Shown: positions 11,901-20,616 of the stretch, in pieces | How the letters are laid out: each line of letters begins with the position of its first letter | Numbering within the stretch: position 1 is the first letter of the stretch | Assembly: GCA_002269645.1 (NCBI GenBank) | Contig: NIVC01001615.1 | Location: 151,620-215,619 of the forward strand | DNA: 64,000 bases | Direction of reading: 5' to 3' | Origin: Macrostomum lignano | Lineage: Eukaryota | Notes under the pieces: generated by a model | Told to the model about the DNA's origin: nothing | Seen by the model: only the letters and a program-made list of their open reading frames with translations | Databases searched by the model: none | Program-made: the position numbers and the translations under genes

Positions 11901-14900
11901 TATACTGTAAGTGCGGCGGCCGAAAGGTGTTCGTTAAGTTTCTGGAAGCCAGCATTCGTGAATTCGTGCAGAGCACTGGGATGAGCAGAAGGCGAGCAGC
12001 CGCTGCAGCTCAAGCCTTCGGCCAAGTCAGCCCGCATTTCCCAATGCGAATTGCGGCCCGAGAAAGTCAGCCAAGGCCAAATAAGCGGTGTCGCGTCTGC
12101 TACTGAGCTGAAAGAATCAAACGATCAATTTACTGCTGCCCTGCGTGTCCAGGTGAACCAGGACTGTCTGGAGACCTGCTTTCAGCAATGGCATTCTTGA
12201 ATTCTTGACAGTTTTTGTTCCCAGTGCACGCATGCTGGAAGAATATTTCCTGCTATATTCCCTTCTATACGTGTGCCTGAAAGAAAATTGAGGAAATGGG
12301 TTTCTCCCAGTTAGCTTCTTCTTTCTGAGACTATAATTAAAAATTAATTCAGAATACTAGTGGCGCTAACATCTCGAGTTGCTGAGAATGCGCCATAAGA
12401 ATTGTTTGAATGAATGCCAAAAACGAATCGTTTGTATACTTCGTGATAAAACATCTTTAAAGATCTAAGAAACAAGTGATAGTAATTAAATAACATTTAC
12501 TTTTTCTGTTATCAATTCTGTCCTGCTCCAAATACGGGTTTATGCGGGGCAAAGAGGGCAACTGCCCCCCAAACAACTTACATCTGTGGCGCCCCCAGCT
12601 GCGCAGCTCGCCTTTGTTGTGTCTTTTCCCTTTGCTGCCGCCTCCTAGGTACAAAAATTCTGCACTACTTAATAATTTCCTGGGTCAAAAAATCTGCATC
12701 CGCCTCTGTTCTGCTGACATTTTTCATGTCCCAGTTTTCATGTTTGCATCATACGCTGGTACGAGTAGATTGTTTCTCTTCAGAAAATTTTAATTAACTT
12801 ACGCGTACGGTGTTACTCAATTTATTCTTACTCAATTGTTTTCTCACTCAGCAAAAATATACATCAAATTTATATAAACGAAAACTGATCTTACTGTATA
12901 CAGTTGTATTTCAAGGAAGCTGAAATTTTTGTACCGTCTGTTGGTTATTTTGATTGAGAAAGAGATCTAAACTACGAGTAAAAAAATCAGGGAAGCTATC
13001 GTTCTAAAAGTTCTGCTTACCATAGCCGACCGGAACGGAGTGTGAATTTTACCATAGATTATATTTGATCTGAATCATCTGACTTCTGCCTAGACTGAAA
13101 CTAGGGTGTGCGCATGGTAAGCAGTGCTTACCATCAGACTTTTGGAGGTTAAATGTCCTAATTAATTTTACTATTTCTACTTGTAACTACAGTCACATCC
13201 TGTTAATCCAGATCTCTCCCAGTCACATCCTGTTAATCCAGATCTCTCCCAGTCACATTCTGCTAATTCAGATCTCTCCCAGTCACATTCTGTTAATCCA
13301 GATCTCTCCCAGTCACATTCTGCTAATCCAGATCTCTCCCAGTCACATCCTGCTAATCCAGATCTCTCCCAGTCACATCCTGCTAATCCAGATCTCTCCC
13401 AGTCACATCCTGTTAATCCAGATCTCTCCCAGTCACATCCTGCTAATCCAGATCTCTCCCAGTCACATCCTGTTAATCCAGATCTCTCCCAGTCACATCC
13501 TGCTAATCCAGATCTCTCCCAGTCACATCCTGTTAATCCAGATCTCTCCCAGTCACGTCCTGCTAATTCAGATCTCTCCCAGTCACATTCTGTTAATCCA
13601 GATCTCTCCCAGTCACATTCTGCTAATCCAGATCTCTCCCAGTCACATCCTGCTAATCCAGATCTCTCCCAGTCACATCCTGCTAATCCAGATCTCTCCC
13701 AGTCACATCCTGTTAATCCAGATCTCTCCCAGTCACATCCTGCTAATCCAGATCTCTCCCAGTCACATCCTGTTAATCCAGATCTCTCCCAGTCACATCC
13801 TGCTAATCCAGATCTCTCCCAGTCACATCCTGTTAATCCAGATCTCTCCCAGTCACATCCTGCTAATTCAGATCTCTCCCAGTCACATCCTGCTAATCCA
13901 GATCTCTCCCAGTCACATCCTGTTAATCCAGATCTCTCCCAGTCACATTCTGCTAATTCAGATCTCTCCCAGTCACATTCTGTTAATCCAGATCTCTCCC
14001 AGTCACATTCTGCTAATCCAGATCTCTCCCAGTCACATCCTGCTAATCCAGATCTCTCCCAGTCACATCCTGTTAATCCAGATCTCTCCCAGTCACATCC
14101 TGCTAATTCAGATCTCTCCCAGTCACATCCTGTTAATCCAGATCTCTCCCAGTCACATCCTGCTAATCCAGATCTCTCCCAGTCACATCCTGCTAATCCA
14201 GATCTCTCCCAGTCACATCCTGTTAATCCAGATCTCTCCCAGTCACATTCTGCTAATCCAGATCTCTCCCAGTCACATTCTGTTAATCCAGATCTCTCCC
14301 AGTCACATCCTGCTAATCCAGATCTCTCCCAGTCACATCCTGTTAATCCAGATCTCTCCCAGTCACATCCTGCTAATCCAGATCTCTCCCAGTCACATCC
14401 TGTTAATCCAGATCTCTCCCAGTCACATCCTGTTAATCCAGATCTCTCCCAGTCACATCCTGCTAATTCAGATCTCTCCCAGTCACATCCTGCTAATCCA
14501 GATCTCTCCCAGTCACATTCTGTTAATCCAGATCTCTCCCAGTCACATTCTGCTAATTCAGATCTCTCCCAGTCACATTCTGTTAATCCAGATCTCTCCC
14601 AGTCACATTCTGCTAATCCAGATCTCTCCCAGTCACATCCTGCTAATCCAGATCTCTCCCAGTCACATCCTGTTAATCCAGATCTCTCCCAGTCACATCC
14701 TGCTAATTCAGATCTCTCCCAGTCACATCCTGCTAATTCAGATCTCTCCCAGTCACATCCTGCTAATCCAGATCTCTCCCAGTCACATCCTGTTAATCCA
14801 GATCTCTCCCAGTCACATCCTGCTAATTCAGATCTCTCCCAGTCACATCCTGTTAATCCAGATCTCTCCCAGTCACATCCTGCTAATCCAGATCTCTCCC

Positions 14901-15588
14901 AGTCACATCCTGTTAATCCAGATCTCTCCCAGTCACATCCTGCTAATCCAGATCTCTCCCAGTCACATCCTGCTAATCCAGATCTCTCCCAGTCACATCC
15001 TGTTAATCCAGATCTCTCCCAGTCACATCCTGCTAATCCAGATCTCTCCCAGTCACATTCTGCTAATCCAGATCTCTCCCAGTCACATCCTGCTAATCCA
15101 GATCTCTCCCAGTCACATCCTGCTAATCCAGATCTCTCCCCAGTCACATCCTGCTAATCCAGATCTCTCCCAGTCACATCCTGCTAATCTCTGTCAGCTT
15201 TTCTTCATCAACGCAGGCCTTGCGCGCAGCTCCCAGCCGCACCGCCAGCTCGTTTTACTCCAAAGACGCGGTGCTGTTCCTGCTGACGGAGCTGACGGTG
15301 CAGGACGGCGCGGACGTGCGCAATGTGCCGGTGTCTGCCTTGGTGAGGCGCCTCTTCTCGGCCCGTGACGGCTCCTACCCGTTCTCAAACGACGCCGCTA
15401 ACGAGGGCAAATTTGCCGGCGCTTTCCAGCAGCTGGTGGCGGCCGCTGGCAATGGCGAAGGATTCTCGCCTCCCGGCCAGGAGCCGGTTGACGAGATCGG
15501 CAATCTGCTGCCGCCGCCGCCGCCGCAGCAGCAGCATGAGAACTTCGGCCCGTTGGTGACCTCGTCGCCCGTGTATTCGCTGATCTGA
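8915..15588 (+). CDS. Divergent BIR-like (IAP-like) protein, paralogue 2, 3 exons, about 270 aa
   Basis: Model: 8915-9180, 9867-10041, 15217-15588, with phase-compatible GTGAGC donors and CAG acceptors. Exon 1 has EKDRLASF...LAALGFF...IVCFACG; exon 2 has CPLQAAR identical to paralogue 1; exon 3 has DAVL...LVRRL...FAGAFQQLVAA matching DAVL...LVERL...FTGDFINLVSA. The exon 2/3 junction is less certain. Confidence 0.72.
9218..9705. repeat. About 31-bp minisatellite in intron 1 of paralogue 2
   Basis: Unit GGGGTAGCCAGCCACTGAGGGGTCAGAGAAG with variants. Confidence 0.9.
10060..13148 (+). mobile_element. piggyBac transposon, near full length (3.09 kb)
   Basis: TTAA at 10056-10059 and 13149-13152. 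Imperfect termini CCTCTTCAAGACT / AGACTTTTGGAGG. Subterminal motifs ATGGTAAGCAGTGCTTACCAT and CTCCGTTCCGGTCGG occur at both ends. An internal transposase ORF is present. Confidence 0.9.
10526..12106 (+). CDS. piggyBac transposase (PGBD4-like), C-terminal cysteine-rich domain truncated
   Basis: DDD triad contexts SVDESLV, FADKWF, MGGVDRMD; also YIPTKRARYGIK. The ORF stops at RCRVCY*, and the remaining CRD codons follow out of frame to 12200. Confidence 0.92.
   Translation: MAQVDEMSELMTSDDEDYLLSDDSSGESDVLDSVDEDVQVADELSWRPAIVGNDASTRDIEFFGTPGLNPGIIVPADVENSTSFFLGLFLSDSLFEDLAMWTNRRAWAAIHSLDADDLPVSLLQWNECSANEVKKLIGMYLYMGSNKKTEMNDYWSTGSYHSTPYFQAPEALSRDRFKQLLGFLRFYDCLEDPTPGDPLYKIRPFLNNLRDTCVNIYRPDEEISVDESLVLYKGRLGFKQYIPTKRARYGIKVYCACESETGYLFNFRVHATPEENRRFALDPQSGNLSFSEKIVVELCQDLLDQGYRIFADKWFGSYRLAMYLLDRDTHLTCTIRADRGVPIELRQLNVPPNDVGFMRKGAVLAAKIVERKESGLKTLYLLDTKEAASKVPVRRIARGGAAAAVQKCRSALSYNRCMGGVDRMDGHMQPYQPARKTRKWFLKLGLHLCLQMVRNAWIVYCKCGGRKVFVKFLEASIREFVQSTGMSRRRAAAAAQAFGQVSPHFPMRIAARESQPRPNKRCRVCY
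13190..15190. repeat. 30-bp minisatellite (about 66 copies) ending at the 3' splice site of paralogue 2 intron 2
   Basis: Unit CAGTCACATCCTGCTAATCCAGATCTCTCC with C/T variants. Confidence 0.97.
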
Positions 15589-16096
15589 ATAGACGAACAA
15601 GCTGACAGAGAAACTGAATTTTATAACAACTTTGAAAGAAGACTTTAATAGTTTGTGAATGCTTCTATATATATTTGCGTGCTAGTATGCCCAAACTGCT
15701 AATGAATTCGTCCAGGGAAAGCATCATTGATCATGCAGTTTGAGTCTTCTGTATGTTGTCAGAAAACATACGAATTCTGTACTCTGAGTAGTTTCATAAG
15801 GCGTAGCGCCTCCTGCTCCGAATCTCTCAACTTGTCTGTCAACTTGCTGTTCGAGCGAGTCCGTTAACGCCCGCCCAGGTCTCAGAATTGTACCACTGGA
15901 CGGTTTGTCAACAGCGCCGCCCTCTGGCGGTCAAGTAGGGCCTCGGACTGTAGCAATCCAAGCAAGCCCGTTGTGACAGCAAAGATCTTGTCACCAGACA
16001 CCAAAGGGAACCAGACCGCTGTTGGTAGACAAACTGCTGACATCGCTTAAGTTGCAGTCTAACACGGTTGTCTAGACCGCAGATACCAGATATTAA

Positions 16097-16768
16097 CAGT
16101 AGAACTACCAAGAGGGGGGGGGATTTTTTTTCTGCGCCGGAACGCAGCAACGCAGGCACACGAAATTCAAGAACGCGGACCAACTTTCTGTTGCGCACTT
16201 TCTCAAACAGGAATCCAGTCGCCGGCCCTCCAGACCGTCGAGATGTTCGACGATTCTGCCAGAGGGTCGGATTTTTCCCGTGAGCGCTAGTGTGTTCAGT
16301 ACACCCCGTGAGCCAGTCAGCACTGCGCCTCGGAGTGGCCTTGCCAGGCCTCCATATTTCATCAGCACGTCGACCACATGTGTCTGCATCAGCTCTGACT
16401 TCGATGGTCACTGGCCTTCATCCAAGCGGAGCTTCTGGACCTTCAACAGGTGGCACCAGGTGACTATGGACACCCGGATGCAAATTTCTCTAGTTTCGCT
16501 GATCAAGCCTCGACAGTGGGCGAGCCTCAACTGATAAAATTTGGAGCCTTGGCGGGGCTGCTCTGAGGCGCGGTGCTGATTGGCTCACAGGGGTGTACTG
16601 AACACACTAGCGCTTGCGGGAGGAATCCGACCTTCTGGCAGAATCGTCGAGTGTCTCGCCGGTCTGGAGGGCTGGCGACTGGATTCTTGTTTGAGAGGGT
16701 GCGGAAAAAAAGTTAGCCGTCCTTCTTGGTAGTTCGACGGGCAGAAAAATGGCTTGTTATTCCTACTG
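16097..16768. mobile_element. TTAA-flanked foldback/MITE with about 250-bp inverted arms
   Basis: TTAA-CAGTAG... and ...CTACTG-TTAA termini. About 16190-16360 is the near reverse complement of about 16540-16705. Confidence 0.8.
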
Positions 16769-17354
16769 TTAAGTACTACGCGTCCTTATAGGTCTAATCT
16801 GTGCTGTGGCAAATTCTTTGCAAGTTTTGGCAAAATGGAACGCCTTGTTACATGATTATTATTCATATTTATTCATATTTATTTATGATTATAAAAGTTT
16901 AAGCCTAGTGCCCTAACCCAAAAAACTGCTTTAATGACACAGTCCCTACTAAAGTATGAAACTAATTATTGAATTCAAATTATCGAACTTTTCAGAGAAG
17001 AAACTAGACTAAATCGATCTTTATGATGTCTTGCTAAATGATAAATTTAATTTAATTAATTTAATTTAATTTAAATACTCGTAGTTTGCTAATTGTTAAG
17101 AATATTGTATTTTTCTGTTTTTTTAAAAGCTTTTTACTCAAATTTTACTCAAGTCTGGGCCGCTAGCAGATTTGGCCAGACACTCAGCCTTCGTATTGGC
17201 TGCCCTAACCTTGCCACCTTGCTGCTTTGGCCTGGTCTGCTTATAGCGCTCAAATAAACATTTATTCAAGCAGATTCCGAGTCTACAGGCATTGATTTTC
17301 TAAGGATCGTTTATTTAACCAATCGTTTATGTAGCTAGATGCACTACTGTTAGT

Positions 17355-17615
17355 AAGCTAATCCTCGTCACGACCCCCGAGTCGATTCCGTGTGCGGCTT
17401 GTACGCAGGAGAATAAGTGTTGTGCGATTCTCACAGCCATGAGGGCCGACCTCCAAGGCACAGAGAGTGTACATGCCTGGCGATTGGAAAGTCGGGGCCG
17501 CTGTGCACTCTCTGTGTGAGCGTGTGTACGAGTGCCTGCCTGCGTACAGTATTGGCGCGCTTGTATGTACTCAGCAGTCAGCGGAATGGGCAGAATTGCC
17601 GTCAGCGCTGGCTGT
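17355..17615 (+). mobile_element. tRNA-derived SINE (family A), decayed copy
   Basis: Body GGGCCGCTGTGCACTCTCTGTGTGAG...GCGGAATGGGCAG matches the copies at 40485-40690 and 42939-43307. Confidence 0.7.
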
Positions 17616-17668
17616 GAGATGATGTCGCCGAAGGCCTCCTGCTATTACTATTGTTTTTTTGATTCCAG

Positions 17669-18631
17669 GCCAATTCCACAGCAGCTACAGCCGTGCTGGT
17701 CTCCACGCGTCGCCTTGGCGACAGCTCCGACACCATCTTCCAGGTGGCGCATCCGGAGTGCCGTCTGCACCTTCTCGATGCCGATGCCGAATCGTCGTCA
17801 GCCAAGGAGGCCGCCGCCGAGCCGGCGCTGGTGTACCTGTGCCAGGTGGGCAGCCCGCCGCGCTACTGGCTGAGCCGCTGCACCGCCGATCAGCTTGCGG
17901 CCGAGTTCGCCCGGCTGAATCCCCGCCTGGAGGCCCCGCTCGGCCGCGTGCGGGCCGCCATCCTGGCCGGCCTGGCCAGCCCCGCCGCCGACCTCCGCCT
18001 GCTGTCGCCGTCGCTGCTGCAGCTCAGCGGCCGGCTGTCCGAGCACGCGGCCGGCACGGAGTTCCGCTGGCAGTTCCGACTTCGACCGGCGGGGCCCGAC
18101 GCTGTCGACGCTCTGCTGGTGCGGCCGCTGGCAGCTGCTGCCGCCGCCGCCGAGGCCGAAGCTGCGGACCTTCGCGATCGGCTGGGCCGTCTGGGCCGGG
18201 CGGCCGCCCAGCTCGCCAGCGACAATGGGCTGCGGTGCCCGCGCCACCTGGCGGACCTCGTTGCCGATGCGGACAAGCTGGCCGCTGCCGCCGGTGCTGG
18301 AGGTCAGGGCGGCGGCGTTGGCAGCATCGCCGCGGTGGCGGAGGCCGCTGGCGAGCGCTGGCAGGAGCGGCTGGCCCGCGCCGTGGCTGCTGCCGAGTTG
18401 GCGGCCGCGGCAGCTGCTGACGGCGCCGCCAGCGCAGCCACGTCGCCGGCTAAAGAGTCTGGAGATGCCGCGCCTGCCGCCGCCAAGCCGACCAGAGACG
18501 AGCGGCTGCTGCTCCGAGTCGAGGACCCCGCCGAGCGGCAGCGCCGAGAGGAGGCCAAACGGAAGCTGGAGGCCGAGCGAGAGGCTGGAACAAAAAATGT
18601 CGTGAAGAAAAAGAAGAAAGGCCTGTTCTGA
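17669..18631 (+). CDS. NHEJ1: XLF / Cernunnos non-homologous end-joining factor; start codon not in this exon
   Basis: RYW...ARLNPRLEAP and FRWQFRLRPAGPDAVDALLVRPL match the XLF head domain (VW...KELNKRLTAP; FYWNFH...LIRPL). The C-terminal VVKKKKKGLF matches the XLF Ku-binding motif. There is a strong acceptor TTTTTTTGATTCCAG ending at 17668 and no in-frame ATG. Confidence 0.85.
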   Translation, partial: ANSTAATAVLVSTRRLGDSSDTIFQVAHPECRLHLLDADAESSSAKEAAAEPALVYLCQVGSPPRYWLSRCTADQLAAEFARLNPRLEAPLGRVRAAILAGLASPAADLRLLSPSLLQLSGRLSEHAAGTEFRWQFRLRPAGPDAVDALLVRPLAAAAAAAEAEAADLRDRLGRLGRAAAQLASDNGLRCPRHLADLVADADKLAAAAGAGGQGGGVGSIAAVAEAAGERWQERLARAVAAAELAAAAAADGAASAATSPAKESGDAAPAAAKPTRDERLLLRVEDPAERQRREEAKRKLEAEREAGTKNVVKKKKKGLF

Positions 18632-19204
18632 ATGATCTGGCTGGTTGTGACTGCATTCCCGCATTTCTGATTGACTATACACTGTATGCGCATCGGTTCT
18701 GTGTGTGTACAGCTGTGTAGCGTTTTTCTATTAGTTATAATAGAGTAAATATACAGGCAAAATGCATAGCGAACTTACATTTATATACGCATATTAAATT
18801 TCAGAGACTTCTCAGTGTACTTTTATTTGATTTGCGCGCTGGAATTTTTTCAAAAGATGGAATGATGGCTCTTACTGTAACCAGTATCTTCCCTGACTGA
18901 GGCCTCAAGTTTGTTGGGACCTCTTGCGCAGTGCCTTAGTCAGAATTGGTTTGGTTAGAGATTCAGTGATGGGGCCACTTCAAACTCAAGCAGTGTTTTT
19001 TGTTTTGCTATTGTCCGGACTGGCTATCTTCTTCCAGGCTCGAGCGCAAGCACTGGCCTATCTTTGAAATGTGCATGTACTTTTACTTTGTTATTTAATA
19101 GGTCGCCAGTGCCTGCATGGGGACAAAGTCAAGAATTCTACATGTATATGTATATGACAATTCCTATACATGTACATTATCGGTATTTCAGCGCTCATTT
19201 TAGC

Positions 19205-19952
19205 GCCGCAGGCAGTCATTTCGGTGCCGCAGGAAGGCAGTCATTCGGTGCCGCAGGAAGGCAGTCATTTCGGTGCCGCAGGAAGGCAGTCATTTCGGTG
19301 CCGCAGGAAGGCAGTCATTTCGGTGCCGCAGGAAGGCAGTCATTTCGGTGCCGCAGGAAGGCAGTCATTTGGTGCCGCAGGAAGGCAGTCATTTGGTGCC
19401 GCAGGAAGGCAGTCATTTGGTGCCGCAGGAAGGCAGTCATTTGGTGCCGCAGGAAGGCAGTCATTTGGTGCCGCAGGAAGGCAGTCATTTGGTGCCGCAG
19501 GAAGGCAGTCATTTGGTGCCGCAGGAAGGCAGTCATTTCGGTGCCGCAGGAAGGCAGTCATTTGGTGCCGCAGGAAGGCAGTCATTTCGGTGCCGCAGGA
19601 AGGCAGTCATTTGGTGCCGCAGGAAGGCAGTCATTTGGTGCCGCAGGAAGGCAGTCATTTCGGTGCCGCAGGAAGGCAGTCATTTGGTGCCGCAGGAAGG
19701 CAGTCATTATGGTGCCGCAGGAAGGCAGTCATTATGGTGCCGCAGGAAGGCAGTCATTTCGGTGCCGCAGGAAGCAGTCATTAGGAAGGCAGTCATTTGG
19801 TGCCGCAGGAAGGCAGTCATTTGGTGCCGCAGGAAGGCAGTCATTTTGCCGCAGGAAGGCAGTCATTTCGGTGCCGCAGGAAGGCAGTCATTTGTCCGCA
19901 GGAAGGCAGTCATTAGGAAGGCAGTCATTCGGTGCCGCAGGAAGGCAGTCAT
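19205..19952. repeat. 24/25-bp minisatellite
   Basis: Unit GGTGCCGCAGGAAGGCAGTCATTT(C). Confidence 0.95.
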
Positions 19953-20616
19953 TTTGAATCGGGTCACAAGGTGGGGTGGGGGCAAAGCATTGGCATGCGG
20001 GGGACATGCCCCCCCTGTCCTCCCTGATTTCACAGTCAAGTCGCCAAAAATTCGCCCAGCAATCACTTTGAAATTGGAGTCACATTTCTGACGTTTCTGA
20101 CCTCTGAGACGCTCTGGACAGTTTTTACGGGTAAACAATGGATTATTCCCGTCCAATAGTTTGAGAAAAAAGTTACAAAGTGAAGTGGAATACGATTCGA
20201 ACCACATCTGTAATGGTGCGCACGCTCGTTACTCTACATGCTGCGACAGGTGTATTTTCGCGTTTATATTGAAATTTTACGAAGAAAACCTGGCACGTAC
20301 TATACAGCACAGGCTTGCAAACGTCGAACTTGAAAATTACGATAGCAACAAACAATTCAAATTTGAAAAACACACCGTACAACGGCTAACCAAGTACCAG
20401 AGAGGAAACCAATTAGCCAAGCTTATAGGAAACGTATAACGCATTTATCAACAAATACAAACTAACTGACTACTTAAAGTACTAATAAAGCAAACAATTT
20501 TCATACTACAATAACTACTGAAATTTTCGACTTTACCATAAAAAATTTCTAATGATTATGACTATGGTGCCTCTGATGTAAAGCTGTCAGTCTTATAGCA
20601 TCTGTCTGTCTGCCTG

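Noticed and set aside
13177-15147. 656-aa ORF of (GCDWERSGLA)n
   Set aside because: It is the translation of a 30-bp intronic array, antisense to the host gene, with no ATG context or unique sequence.
17586-17613. ATG exon for XLF (MGRIAVSAG, donor at 17614)
   Set aside because: It is phase-compatible with an acceptor at 17681, but lies inside a SINE copy; unlikely for a conserved repair gene, though not excluded.
17532-18693. Several overlapping ORFs around XLF
   Set aside because: These are shadow frames of GC-rich coding DNA; only the 17669-18631 frame has recognisable motifs.
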